Shown here: positions 11,092 through 23,749 of the stretch, piece after piece | How the letters are laid out: each line of letters begins with the position of its first letter | Numbering within the stretch: position 1 is the first letter of the stretch | DNA from: Neophaeotheca triangularis | Taxonomy: Eukaryota | Assembly: GCA_054600435.1 (NCBI GenBank) | Contig: BAAIJX010000034.1 | Location: 1 to 64,000, forward strand | DNA length: 64,000 nucleotides | Direction: 5' to 3' | Notes under the pieces: model-generated | Told to the model about the DNA's origin: nothing | What the model saw: the letters and a program-made list of their open reading frames with translations, nothing else | Databases searched by the model: none | Program-made: the position numbers and the translations under genes

Positions 11092-12596
11092 TCACCCGCG
11101 CCCAGAGTTTCTTCCAACCGGATCCCTAACCCCCCTCTTCCTCCCAGCACCACCACTGCCCTCACCACCACTGACAACCCCTCTCCCCCCATCACCACCC
11201 CTACTCTCCCTCCGCTCCCTCTCCTTCTCAAACCTTCCCTTAGTCATAAAACTAACCACAACAACGTCCCCCTTATTCTTCCTCTTCAACCCCTTGCGAC
11301 ACATGGGACAAAATCCCTGGCCCCTAGCACTATTGCCATTGCCCTCATTCGCAGCCTTCTCGCCCGCCATCAAAGCTCGCGTCAAGCATTCGTGGCAGTA
11401 AATGTGCCCGCACGCCGTCGCCGTGGCGTTGGTGAAGGGTTCCATGCAGATGATGCAACTGCGTTTGCCGATTGGGATCTGGCCTTTGGCTTCGCGGGCT
11501 TGTTGTAGGGCAAGGGTTTCGGCGCGTTGGGCGGCGAGGAGCTCGGCTTCCGCGCTGGGGTTTTCGTCCTCGGCTTCGGGCTCCGAGGAGTGGGGTTCGG
11601 AGGGGCGGGAGCGGTTTCGGGAATTGGGGTCGGTAGTGGAGATGGAGGATTGGTTGGCGTTGTGGTTGCGTTTGCGGGGACGGGGGTTTGCGTCGTCGAA
11701 GTTGCGGGGCTGTTGGCCGGAGGTTGGGGGCGTCTCCGAGGCGGAGTCGCGACGGCGTTTGCGGGTGTTGTTGTTGCCTTGGTTCCGAGGGAGGTTGCGG
11801 CGGTCCATTTCTGGTGAGGAGGTTGTGAGGTCGATTATTGAGCGGGAGTAGTCGTGAGCTCGGTTGGATGAGCGGCGGGTCGTTGGCGGCATTCTGTCGG
11901 CAGGGATATCGCCGAAGAGGGCGTCGATATCTCTGTCGTCGTCGTCGTATGTAGAGCGAGGTGCTTCGTCTGAGTCGTCTGAGTCGAGAATGTTCACTGG
12001 CTCTCGTGAATGCTGTGTTGTGCTTTGCTGAGGTCTTTGCTGTGGTCTTTGCTGTTGCTGCGTTTCAACTTCGGATTCTGATGTTGTGTAGTCTCCTTCA
12101 CTTGAACTTGAACTGTCTACAGAGCCTGATGCATGTGGATTCGGGTTGGAATAGGCGTTGTGTTGTAGAGGGTCCGGGTTATTGCGAGGCTGTGAAGTTG
12201 GCTGCTGCCTGTCTCGCCTGTCCTGATATCGCCGATCAACCGCCCGCCCTCCGTACTGACTGTGAATGTGACCGTGGGCGTCGGAGCGTGTAGAAGCTGA
12301 TGGAAGGTAATTGATGGTGTCGTTGGCGTCGATGTATCCAGACGTGTTGGCGGAGGCGGAGGCAGAGGTGGAGGTGGAGGTGGGGGTGGAGGTGTTGTTG
12401 TTATTGGTGGAGTCGTTCTGACCGGGTGCGTGTCTTGCGTTGTGTTATGTTAGCTTTACTGCGCCATGCCCTGCCTCTTTGCTTGCTCTGGATAGCCAAG
12501 GTAGGTAGGGAGATATCTTTCATACAGTGACTCAAATCCCCATTGGCCAAAAGCAAAGCCTGGCTGACCTTGATCGGTCCTTCTGTGTGAAGACAT
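11092..12596 (-). CDS. RING (C3HC4) E3 ligase with SUMO-interacting motif, Slx8/RNF4-like
   Basis: CIICM..CGHIYCHEC..CPMCR RING and IIDLT SIM. Proposed ATG 12596 with frame-consistent intron 12525-12434 (GTATGA..GCTAAC..AAG). Confidence 0.8.
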
Positions 12597-13170
12597 GGCA
12601 CCTTCCTGGAGCTGAATCTTCAAGAGCAGCTTCCTAAGCAGCTGCCCTTCTTCACTCGCGACTGCTGAGCTGGGTCGTGGGGTACAGGTGGTGTTGGTCT
12701 CGGTGTAGAGATGGTAGTACCTATATATGGCACCTTGAAAGATCAACTCAGAAGACGTTTGAGGGGAATAACATGGATATCAAGTGCGACAGCCTAGGTA
12801 CATACAGTACCTTGGGGTAGGTAGGCAGTCAGATGTTGACAGGACGTGGACGATAACACCACGGCTACATCATTATCGCTACAGTGTAGATAACTTAAGC
12901 TCGATAAGGTAAGGTTAAGGGCTAGTTCCGGGAGCGGCCGAACAATAGCTTCCACGCTAATGCATCGAAGGTCGGCAGAAAGAGCTTGGTTCCGACCACT
13001 TGGTCAAACTCTAAATGATGATGACATGAGAGCGATGCCACCTGCAGCCTGCCCTGGGGCGAGGTGCACTTCCAACCGTCCTCCCCATTGTCGTCCCTCC
13101 CTTGAAGATGGATTCAACCAAGAATCGACCTCGCAGCGACAATCGATAACGGCAAGTTCCAACACGCGCG

Positions 13171-16100
13171 ATGCGATCGAGATGTAGCCAACAGCTCGGT
13201 GCGGCCTATCAGCGCACACAGCAAAGCTCGCTTCTCCGTTTGCGCCCTGGACCCCCTAATCGATCATCACATGCTCACCAGCAACAACGACACTATGCCA
13301 CGCCGGCCGAGACGCAATCGCCCAACTTGTCCAGGAAAGCAGAAGCGCGTTATAACGAAATCGGCGTCCAACAGCTCAGCTCCTATATCCACCCACAGCT
13401 CTTCCACAAGCCCCAGGCGTCGTCGCAGCCCGATCAGAAGCTCATCGACTTATCTAAAGATCACTTGAAACAGCACGATCTCCTCGGCAAGACGAGCGAC
13501 AATGCGCAGCCCATTGCTTTCGACCTGCCGGACCTCCAGGGTGCCTCGCTGGACGAGCACTTCCACCGGCTTGGCATGGACAGCGCAGAGCCATACCTCT
13601 CCATGTCGAAAAGGTACGCGCGAGCCTCGCCACCTCCAAAGCCGAGGAGATGGGCGCGCCAAAGTGGCTGGACCAAATACTATGCGGATGGCACGTGGGA
13701 GGCGATAGCGGCGCCAGATGCAGAGGTGCTTACTTTCGATACGGAGGTCATGTGGCATGAGACCTCTTTCGCGGCAATGGCTTGCGCGGCATCTGCCACA
13801 CACTGGTATGCGTGGCTGAGTCCGTGGTTATTGGGGGAGAGCGAGAACGACAGACATTTGATTCCGCTGGGCGACAGGACAAAACCCCGTATTGTAGTCG
13901 GGCACAACATCGGATACGATAGGGCGCGCATTGCTGAAGAGTACGACCTGACGCAGTCGCGAAATTTCTTCATGGATACGATGAGTTTGCACGTTGCAGT
14001 CAATGGCATGTGCAGTCGACAGAGACCTACTTGGACCAAAGCGCGGAAGCAGAGGGATCTGGAGGACGAGATTGCTAATGCGGATAGTAATGAAGATCTG
14101 GCTTCCCTCCTTCAGGCTAAAGGGAGTGGAAATGGGAGTCAGGAAGAGGAGCTTTGGGTAGGCAGAAGCTCGGCCAACAGCCTTCGCGATGTCGCACATT
14201 TTCACTGCGGTGTCGTTATTGACAAGGCGCGGAGAGAGTACTTTGGCGAGCTGGACCGAGACGGCGTGAACGAGAAATTGGATGAGTTGCTCGATTACTG
14301 TGCAGCAGATGTCGACATTACACACAAGGTTTACAAGAAGGTGTTTCCGCTATTTCTAGAGACCTGCCCGCATCCCGTCTCGTTTGCGGCACTTCGACAT
14401 CTATCGTCGGAGATCTTGCCCGTGAATCAGAAGTGGCAGGAATACATCCAAAGCGCCGAAGAGACTTATCAGCGGCTCTCGTCAGCCGTGACTGCACGCC
14501 TTGTCGACCTCGCCGAAAGGGCGCTCGAACACAAAGACGAGCCTCAGATTTACTTGAACGATCCTTGGCTAAGTCAGCTTGACTGGTCTGGCCAGGAGGT
14601 GCGCATGATTAAAGCAAAAAAGAAGAGTGACCCACCCCGACCAGCTGCCCGGCAGAAGAAACCAGGCATGCCAAACTGGTACAAAGGTCTCTTCGCGACC
14701 AACGATTCGGATATGGCTTTGACAGTTCGCACGCGTATTGCCCCTTTATTGTTGAGACTAGCCTGGAATGGTCATCCCCTTGTCTGGACAGACACCTACG
14801 GTTTTGCGTTCCGCGTCCCGGCCGCCGAGAAGGCAAAGTACATGAAGATGTCAATGACAATCTGCGACATGTCAAAGGAAGAGAAGAACCCGAGGATGCA
14901 GTTCGACTATCAGCACGTCTTTGTAAAGCTGCCACACGCAAATGGTCCAACAGCGAGGTGCACGAACCCCCTTGCGAAAGGCTACTTGCAGTTCTTCGAA
15001 TCCGGAGCCTTGGGTAGCGAATACGCCTATGCCAAAGAGGCTCTCGAAATGAACGCAAGCTGCAGTTACTGGATATCCGCTCGCGATCGCATTATGAGCC
15101 AAATGGTGGTTCTCGAGAACGAAAAAGCCACTGCAGACCCAAACTCCAACATCGGCTATATCCTTCCTCAAATCATCCCCATGGGAACCATTACCCGCCG
15201 CGCAGTCGAAAACACCTGGTTAACCGCCTCCAATGCAAAGAAGAACCGCGTTGGCTCTGAGCTTAAAAGCATGATCACCGCGCCTCCTGGCCATGTCTTC
15301 GTAGGCGCCGATGTCGACAGCCAAGAATTGTGGATCGCCTCACTTGTCGGCGACGCGGCGTTCAAGCTCCACGGCGGCAACGCGCTCGGCTTTATGACCC
15401 TCGAAGGTAGCAAAGCACTGGGAACCGACCTTCACTCCCGCACTGCAAGCATCCTTGGGATCGGTCGCGGCGACGCCAAAATCTTCAACTACGGTCGTAT
15501 CTACGGCGCCGGTCTCGCCTTTGCGAAATCACTGCTCCAACGTTTTAATCCCACCCTTTCGGAAAACGCCGCGCAACAAACAGCGAACGAACTCTACCTC
15601 AGCACCAAGGGTAAAAAGCAAAGATCCAAATACCTCCGCGACCGTCCCTTCTGGCGCGGCGGTACGGAATCCCTCGTCTTTAACGCCCTCGAAGACTTTG
15701 CCGAACAAGAAAAGCCTCACACGCCCGTCCTCGGCGCCGGCATCACCGAAGCTCTGATGCGCCGCTACATCTCCAAAGGCGGCTTCATGCCCAGCCGTAT
15801 CAACTGGGCCATCCAATCCAGTGGTGTCGACTACCTACACCTCCTAATCGTGAGCATGGACTACTTAAGCCGCCGCTACAACATCGCTGCCCGCCTATCC
15901 CTAACCGTGCACGACGAAATCCGCTACCTCAGCACCGAGCACGATCGACATCGCACAGCCATGGCGCTGCAAATCGCCAACCTCTGGACACGCGCCATGT
16001 TTGCCGAGCAAATGGGCATTCCCGATCTCCCCCAATCCTGCGCTTTTTTCTCCGCAGTCGACATCGACCACGTGCTCCGCAAAGAAGTCGACATGGACTG

Positions 16101-16935
16101 CGTCACGCCTTCCCACCCGCACTCCATTCCCCCGGGTACTTCCCTAGATATCGAACAACTCTTATCCAAAGGTTTGGCAAGCGCCCTTGACCCGGCCATC
16201 CAGCCCATCGACCCCCCGAAACCCGAGCGCTTCGATTACCAACCCCGCAAACCAGTCATGGAGAGCTTACGCAACAGCAACCCGGACGTTCCCGATGTCA
16301 CCTACCTCCGCGCGCAAATAGCTCGCAGCCAGCAAGATTTCAACGCCGTGGCCAAACTCGTCAAACCGACGCCGCCGCCCGATCCTTCTGCGGGGACCAA
16401 AAGATTGCCGAGATGGAACGCGGCGCCGCCAGGGGGTCCCGATTTCAGCCAGTTCAACGACTACGTGAGCCCAAGTCTGACTATGGATGATCTCATCGAG
16501 TCGTCGGGGCACGATCTTGGTCGCGACAGTGTTTCCGAAGACACCGGGCGAAATCTTGACCAGTCTGATGTCCCACAGCCACCTGCCGCGCCGCGGCAAC
16601 TTGGCTCCTCCCACAAGACTAGCGCGAAACCGCAACTGCGCGACCGTGCCGCGAATGCTTCGTTCTCGACTTCTTCGTCGGCTTCGCGCCACCATCATCA
16701 TCATCCTCATCATCCTCCTCATCGGCGTAGTGTGAAACCTGTTTACGCGGATGAAGAAGTTTTCTTTGGCGAAGGGTTGGGCGGCAGAAAGGAGACGGCG
16801 CGTTTCGGGCAGTCTCATAGTCGTGACGGGTCGAGCGGTTGGGGCAATACGGTGGATATGGGGATCACGCCCGGGGAGACGGATGAGGGGTGGAGGAGGG
16901 TTGGAAGAGGGGGTTGGGGGAGGGTTGTTGCTTGA
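13171..16935 (+). CDS. MIP1: Mitochondrial DNA polymerase gamma
   Basis: Exonuclease motifs FDTE, VGHNIGYDRAR, YCAADV; polymerase motifs VGADVDSQE, AKIFNYGRIYGAG, TVHDEIRY; Arg-rich presequence. Confidence 0.98.
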   Translation: MRSRCSQQLGAAYQRTQQSSLLRLRPGPPNRSSHAHQQQRHYATPAETQSPNLSRKAEARYNEIGVQQLSSYIHPQLFHKPQASSQPDQKLIDLSKDHLKQHDLLGKTSDNAQPIAFDLPDLQGASLDEHFHRLGMDSAEPYLSMSKRYARASPPPKPRRWARQSGWTKYYADGTWEAIAAPDAEVLTFDTEVMWHETSFAAMACAASATHWYAWLSPWLLGESENDRHLIPLGDRTKPRIVVGHNIGYDRARIAEEYDLTQSRNFFMDTMSLHVAVNGMCSRQRPTWTKARKQRDLEDEIANADSNEDLASLLQAKGSGNGSQEEELWVGRSSANSLRDVAHFHCGVVIDKARREYFGELDRDGVNEKLDELLDYCAADVDITHKVYKKVFPLFLETCPHPVSFAALRHLSSEILPVNQKWQEYIQSAEETYQRLSSAVTARLVDLAERALEHKDEPQIYLNDPWLSQLDWSGQEVRMIKAKKKSDPPRPAARQKKPGMPNWYKGLFATNDSDMALTVRTRIAPLLLRLAWNGHPLVWTDTYGFAFRVPAAEKAKYMKMSMTICDMSKEEKNPRMQFDYQHVFVKLPHANGPTARCTNPLAKGYLQFFESGALGSEYAYAKEALEMNASCSYWISARDRIMSQMVVLENEKATADPNSNIGYILPQIIPMGTITRRAVENTWLTASNAKKNRVGSELKSMITAPPGHVFVGADVDSQELWIASLVGDAAFKLHGGNALGFMTLEGSKALGTDLHSRTASILGIGRGDAKIFNYGRIYGAGLAFAKSLLQRFNPTLSENAAQQTANELYLSTKGKKQRSKYLRDRPFWRGGTESLVFNALEDFAEQEKPHTPVLGAGITEALMRRYISKGGFMPSRINWAIQSSGVDYLHLLIVSMDYLSRRYNIAARLSLTVHDEIRYLSTEHDRHRTAMALQIANLWTRAMFAEQMGIPDLPQSCAFFSAVDIDHVLRKEVDMDCVTPSHPHSIPPGTSLDIEQLLSKGLASALDPAIQPIDPPKPERFDYQPRKPVMESLRNSNPDVPDVTYLRAQIARSQQDFNAVAKLVKPTPPPDPSAGTKRLPRWNAAPPGGPDFSQFNDYVSPSLTMDDLIESSGHDLGRDSVSEDTGRNLDQSDVPQPPAAPRQLGSSHKTSAKPQLRDRAANASFSTSSSASRHHHHHPHHPPHRRSVKPVYADEEVFFGEGLGGRKETARFGQSHSRDGSSGWGNTVDMGITPGETDEGWRRVGRGGWGRVVA

Positions 16936-18434
16936 TTTGTCGATGACTAGGGAAGGGGTGGGGGTTTTCGCGCTTGGGAGATGGTGGTTCTTTGCGTGAA
17001 TTGGGTTTGGGGATGTACAGTCTTTTGGTTTCTTGTGTGTTCGGTTGGTTTGTTAGATGGTGGAGCATTTATGTATGAGTGCGTGTAGAGAGCTAGTTGC
17101 CTTATCATCTGTAAAAATCTACAATACGTTACAATTGATCGCACGCTTCGATCATCCTCGATTTTTTCTTCCAAGCTTCATCACTTCTGTCGGAGAGCGA
17201 AAACTGGAATGCTAGCACATGGTCCAAATACATAGAGTACTCGATGCCGCCTGCCATGGGTAGTAGAACAGCGGACTGCCAATTGTGGATCCCATTCTGC
17301 TCCGCCATTGGATCGGCTTTTATCGGCAAACGCCCTTCCCAACTTCATCTCGTCTTTCGCCAGACTAAGTAAGGTACCTTATCGTACCTCACCTTTTGTA
17401 AGCGGCGCCTTCTACAGCAAACATATCAAACATTCGAAGCCAAGTCGACATTGGCATGTTATCTTGCCATGATATTGGAGTGTTCGGCTATCGCTTTTCA
17501 ATGGCTTTCGCCCATGAACGCGGCACCGTGATCAGCACTTTCGTGGCCGTGGACCGATCGCTGGACGATGACAAAGACTTGGACCTTTGACGCGAGCGCT
17601 CGGTATGTACGCTCGAGTACACCAGGCCTCTAACATAGGGAGTAGAAGTCTCGATTGTGTCGAGGTTCGTATCGCCCCAAAGTGCCCGTGGTCACGCGAG
17701 GAGCCTGGGGCATCGGGACGTGTGAGCGGTGTTCTGACCGTACTGCCTTCGACACGAGCCCGCTTTGATAGGAGATCCGTCGTTTTGACTCTCCCGGAAC
17801 GATAGGCTTGGTAGAAAGCATTACCATGGAGATCTTGGGAAGATGCTTCGTCGGAGCTGGAGAAGCTCTGGTGACGGCGAGAGAGCTCTGAAAGTCTGCA
17901 CGGCGTTTGTAATCCGGGCTACGTTGTTTCGGAGCCGCGATGGAGGCTCGTTTCGCCGGCAGCCTGGTTGATGCTCTTTACTCCGCTTTGTCGTGTGCGA
18001 GGGCTTTGGTGTTTCTTTGGCCCGAGGAACCTCAAAGATCTGGAAGTCCAGTCCTTCTCTGCCGCTTGGGATGGCTAATCGATAATACCACTGAAAAGTG
18101 TGAGGCCCTCGTATCACATGGACGGTACCTGCCGATACGGTCAGTATGAGAGAGAGTCTTGCACGAGACTGACCTCCCCGGACAGCGCAGTCAGTAAACG
18201 AAAACGGCGGGTTATGTGCAAAAGAGATGGGTCATCGAAGATAAAGAAGATCTGAAGGTTACGCTAGAGAAACCATGGTACTGCAGTAAAGGCATGGCAA
18301 CATCTGCACAAGGTAAGTGATATGAAGGGTGTAGTCAAAGCAAAACCCTCCGCCCCAACGCCAAAGGTAAGCACGCCCCCTCCTCTCACTCACTCCCTTT
18401 CCTTCATATTTCCCACACTGCATACATATAAGAC

Positions 18435-18735
18435 ATCGCAGTTGGCTTAATCATCAAAGCCAGCAAAAAAATGCGATCATGTCAATTCGGGGGGAAGACC
18501 CGAAACGCAGCTGCCTAGGTTAATGGCAAGGTCTCTGACGTGGGATTAGTTTCCCTGCGGATCGATCAAGGGCCACTAGTAGCGAGCCTTCAGTTCAAGA
18601 AAGTCGCTAGTTCGAATCCCCACCCAACTAAGGGTGGGAGTGATTCGAACAAAAAGTAAACCAGCCACAAGGTGCCAAAATGAGTCAAATGGTTTCTTTC
18701 ATCCCTGAACGGGGAAGTTTCTTTTGCCCTTTTGC
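18435..18735 (+). ncRNA. Candidate structured non-coding RNA of unknown class
   Basis: Six consecutive hairpins in ~300 nt, B-box-like GTTCGAATC, downstream T runs, no ORF. Strand inferred from G-U pairs and T runs. Confidence 0.45.
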
Positions 18736-19278
18736 TGGTCGAGGCTGTCTATTATTATTTTCTCTTTCCTGAAGGGATGGTTAGGGAAGAATGAATCCAT
18801 CTTTGGTAACATGAGGTTATTGTGAGTATTTCAGTAATTTCGATGCGAGTAGGTAGAGAGCTCGTCTGATCTGTCAAGGTCGGTCTCTTTGGTTTCACTT
18901 CTCCTTAATGTTCACGTACATCTGACTTCCCCTAGCTCCAACATCCCTTCACCACGAAGCAGTAGACTCAATACATCATAAGCTAAATTGGCTACTTCGA
19001 CTGCTATTCACTTCAATGCTTGCATTATAATACTCACTTGAGCACTCCAATATTCACCTTGATTTTCCTAGCATAGGGCTAGTCATCCTAGCTCTTCGAT
19101 TCAAGGAGTGGGACTAATACTAAGACCTCACCTGGCAACCTCACCTGGCGACCTCACTTGAAACCAACGCTTCACTTGCTTCACTTTGCTCTCTTACTGT
19201 ATAGACTCAGAAAATCTGATTTCACCTCCACCTCCACCGTCACCACCAACACTACAACACCACTCAAACACCGCAAGC

Positions 19279-20584
19279 ATGTGCAATCTCGAGACCACCA
19301 CGTACGCCTGCCAACATTCGAGCGTCCAAAAACTCCCCTGCGGCACCGTAATCCGCTCCAACCTCCCGCCTGGAGTCTTCATAGGCTGCACCGGCCGCGC
19401 GTTGCAAGCCACCTCCAAGGACTTGCCCAACAAGAATTGCGACTCCTGCTGGGCTCAAGGTATTTTGCCTCACCAACGCTCGAATGAAGTGGGAACCGGG
19501 TCTTGGTACGGCATGGACTACGACTATGGCGTTGCTGCTGCTGCTGGAGGTGCTGGCATAGGTGACGGGAAGGAGACTGGCAATCTCGGATATACTCCTG
19601 CCAACACGGAGACCGCTTTCGGTTCTCACTTCAAGGGTACAACAAGCGCGCTGGACGCCACTAACGGCTCGGATGGCGTGTCTGAAGACGGCTTCAGTGA
19701 AGAAGATACTGACATGAGACAAGACACTCCCGCCCAATCCGCCCTCAGCACTACGGGCCCTAAGTGCCCCAACAATGGAGGTATGGACGTAGTTTCCAGC
19801 AGCACTACTCAAAACGCAATGGGTCCCACGAACGCTGCGAGCTACACAAGCAACAAGCCCACCATCAATGGCGAAGAGCGAGAAATCTACTACGGAATGG
19901 CAGAGGCTTCCGACGCCCTCGATGCCTGGGAGGAAGCCACAGGTTTCTCGCCGCACGATGCGCCTTGGCCAGATCTTGATGGACTTCTCAATGTGAGCAG
20001 TGGCGGGGAATCTTCAAGCTGCTCAGAGTACTGACCCGCAAAAGCAAGCTACGTTTCCCAGTGTCAATAAAGCGACGACAGCGGGAGAGACCCAGGAGAA
20101 ACCAGCAGATTACGACAGCGAAACCACGCTCAGTGACGGCGATGCAGCCAAATACGAGACCAAAGAGATGGAACCAGTAGCCGAGCAGATCCTCTCAGCC
20201 TCCGCGTTCCCAACCACAAACCCCCTTCCCACCCTTCGAACCACTCGTACTCCCGCCACCAAGGCCTTCAACCGCGCAAACCGCAAAGCTCCCCTGGTAA
20301 CCAACGAGACCAAACCCCACCCAACCACCAAGCCCACCACCAGCACGAAACCCACGAAACCCATCACCCACGTCGCCAAACGCAAAGAATTCCACCTCAA
20401 CCCCGCCCCAGCACCGCAACCCCTCGACAGCAACGGCAACGACAGCGAAACAACCCTCAGCGACAACGACCCAGAAAAGTACAGCATCGTCGAAACGACC
20501 GAAACCAGCACAACCAATTCCCCAAAGCAAGAGGAAGACTCCCTCAACCCGATTGTGGTGAAAGAGGAGCCTGGCGAGGATTAA
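19279..20584 (+). CDS. Hypothetical protein with N-terminal Cys/His motif and low-complexity tail
   Basis: MCNLETTTYACQH..C..C..CDSC N-terminus. ORFs 19186-20034 and 20000-20584 join in frame through intron 19993-20044 (GTGAGC..ACTGAC..AAG). Confidence 0.7.
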
Positions 20585-21389
20585 GGTTGCGCGAAATCCG
20601 CACTGAACGACCCGATCCGGGAACTCAAGGCTGAAAGGCGGTTTGGACCATGGGACGGGCTTCTCTGAGAAAATTGAGAGGTGTCATGGTCGGGTTTTGT
20701 TTCATTCATTCGTTCAAGGGAGTGCGCGGGGTATGAGTTGTTCGACGAGGACGTGGTGGAAGGGCTCTTTGGAGCGCGGGCTTCATCCTGGTACATGCTT
20801 TACGCCTATCGATGTTCTAGTTCGCTGGTAGATGGGACTTTGTAGTGGCAGACGGCACGCTCACAACCACGAGGATTTTAGGAGGGAGCGATCCGTTGGC
20901 AAAGCGGAAAGGATACTCGTGCTGCCAGATTTAGTCAATGCAATTCAGCCGATCAGGAAGAGAACAATTAGCAGGGACTTTTCCAGAACTATTCGAAGCA
21001 GCGTGCAACGTGGCTTTGGCCGTGGGCATTAGATATCGCGCGCATGCAGTTCGTGGGTAAGTATTCTCATGGACAAGGGAGTGGAAGTGGAAGTGGGAAG
21101 TGGTAAAGTGTAGTTCATCTGTAGAGTGATATCTTCAGAGACGCCATGTAGTCGTGAGACATCACGGAACCCCCTGCTCGACCTATGAGCCCGCCGCAAA
21201 ACGTTCCGTCTCACCAAAGAGCGCGACTTCCGTCTAGTCATGCCTTCTTAAAAGACATAAGCATATTGTACCGAAGTGCCGTAACAGTGAACCGTAGCCG
21301 GCGCCCAAACGCCCACAACAAGACTCCAGCGACACCTCCAGCAAGAAAGCGCATTCGATACGCCATTATCAACTCCCGCGCGCAACACC

Positions 21390-23390
21390 TCAAGCCACGG
21401 CAGCAGCGGGAGCAGCACTACTCTCCCCTCTCTCGATCCGCTCCCTCTCCTTAACAGCCTCGGGATTCAGCGGCTTGGCAGGATCATAGCCGATCTGGGT
21501 CAAAATTCCCAACCCTTTGGTGCGACCCTCACGAAACAAGATCCGGTCCCCCACGGCCAAAAATTCAGGCCGCTGCACAAAGCGAAAAGCGACTTTGGCG
21601 CGATCGCCGGTGCGAATGTACGCACGGTCGATGTCTATGATGGCGCAAGTCTGAGACACAGGGCCGACGTGGAGCATGGCCTGGTATTTTGTGCGGATGG
21701 TAGTGGCGTGGGAGAGAATGAGGACTTCGGCGACGAACTCGCGGAAGACTTTTGGTTGGACAATGGGGGCGTTGGGATTGGAGTCGGACTTGGCGGGGAG
21801 CACTACCATGCCTTTGCGGACGTCTTTTCTGCGGACGCGGCGCAGGGCGAAGGAGGCGCTTTGGCCAGCGGAGCAGGCGGGGACGGGGATGCGTTTGCGC
21901 TCGATGCTGCGGATGGTGGTGGTGGCGAATTGCCCCAGGGAGTCCGGGCCGATGAGGACCGTGTCGCCGGCGTGTACGATGCCCGATTTGACAACGCCGC
22001 TGACAACGGTGCCTACGAAGGGGACGGAGAAGTGGTCGTTGACATGGAACTCGAAGGGGGCTGTTGTGTCGTATTTACCGTGGTGGGGAAGGATGTTGAG
22101 GAATTCGCGGACGAGCGGGAGGCTGTCGCCCGTGACGTTGGACACTTGAAAGATGGGGCAGATGCGCTGAGAGACGAATTGCGCCGCTGTGTTGACGCAA
22201 TCTTCGCGTGATTTGATGAAGATGGGGATTTTGCGCGCGCCAGGGGATTTGAGGATTTTGGTGAGCTGAGTGAGGGTTTGTTGGAGGATGTGTGGTGGGC
22301 AAATGTCGATTTTGGTGACGACGACCATGACAGGGACGTTGAGTGCTAGAGCGATCCCGAGGTGCTCTTTCGACATCCCGATGAGACCATTATTCGCGGC
22401 GACCATGAGTAGGCAGTAGTTGGGTTCCGAGGATAGTAGGCCGAAGACGGTCGTTCGTAGATATCTCTCGTGGCCAGCCAGATCGGTGAAAGAGATGACT
22501 TTGGCAGACCGCTTGCCAATCTCCTCCCAGCTGAGTTTCCGACCAGGCACACCAGAAACCACCACATCACCTTTTGTATCGAAGCCCATAATCTCCATTC
22601 CCACCGACGAAGTCCTCCCCGACTCCATCTCATGCTTATGCCTGAACAGATTGACTCTTGCCTTCCCCCTCCCATCATCCAGCCCGCCCTTAACAAGCAC
22701 CCCCAACAATGTCGATTTACCCGCGTCAACATTCCCGACAACCGCAATCCTCGTCTCAATCACCTCACCGACATCCTCCGGCCGCCGCCTGATCATGACC
22801 TTCCCCACACACCCCGACTCCTTCTTGGCCTCATTCCCCACGTCTACCTCACTCCCGGGCACATTCTTAGTCATAAGAACCTTCCAATCCGCTTTCAAAC
22901 CCTCCAAAAGCGTCCCCAACCTCTTCAACGCAGTCTCCCACTCCCGCTCGGTCAGCAGCATGGAATCGCCATTGTCCTCGAGCCCAACGTCGAACAGACA
23001 CTCGCCATGGCCCTCATCCAGCCTCCCAGCCACAATCCCTCGCAATTGCTCCGCCGTCTCCTCGGAGTCCTCAAGAAGCAATTGTTTTATCTTGACCTTG
23101 GGCTTCTCGTCAGCGAGGTCCAGGGTGTCGAGGATGTCGAGCTCGGCGTGCTCCTGGCCGGAAGTCGCAGCGGCGCCATTGGCAGCGTTGCCGTTGTTGG
23201 GGTTTTTGCTGCGCAGCGCTTGCTGCTTGTTCACGTAGTCGGCGAAGTCGCTGAGAGCCTGTTTGTGGGGAGCGCGCCGTGTTAGCTAGGGTTGGCGAGG
23301 GAGGGCGGGTGGCGAGGTGCGTACAGACTCGCCGGCTCGCCGCTCTTGCGCCGATTGCGGCTGTTCGTATCGATTGGATTTTGATGTCAT
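21390..23390 (-). CDS. GTPBP1: GTP-binding protein 1/2 family translational GTPase
   Basis: GNVDAGKST, HEMESGRTSS, DLAGHERYLRTT, TKID and EF-Tu-like domains II/III. ATG 23390, phase-0 intron 23324-23259. Confidence 0.93.
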
Positions 23391-23749
23391 TGTTGCTGTT
23401 GTTGTGCGTGATGAGATGAGTGGTTGGTAGGATGAGTACTAGGTTCGTATTCTGAGTATCATTTTCAGGTGGATGAAGTAGATGTTGTTGTGCTGGCAGT
23501 AATGGACTGAGAGGGCGGTTTGTTAAATATGTCTACATCATCGCGAACTCCATGGTGGGGGTGGAGTCATTCAGCGGGGAGCTACGACAATGACTCGACA
23601 GCATCGAACAATAACAATCACCGGCTCCTTCGAGACACCGAGCGGTGAAAAGTGTACTTATGAGTTACCATTAGACAAGAACTCAATCCATTCATACCAA
23701 CCCCTCGTATCCCTTCCTCATCCGCAGTTAATTGCCAGCCCTCGCCACC

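Noticed and set aside
17450..18330. Possible multi-exon gene relic
   Set aside because: Splice-like signals and short coding-like stretches, but stops and no recognisable family.
18540..18650. tRNA gene or HDV-like ribozyme
   Set aside because: GTTCGAATC lacks a paired T stem and cloverleaf; HDV-like L3 and J4/2 look-alikes exist, but I could not build a convincing P1/P2.
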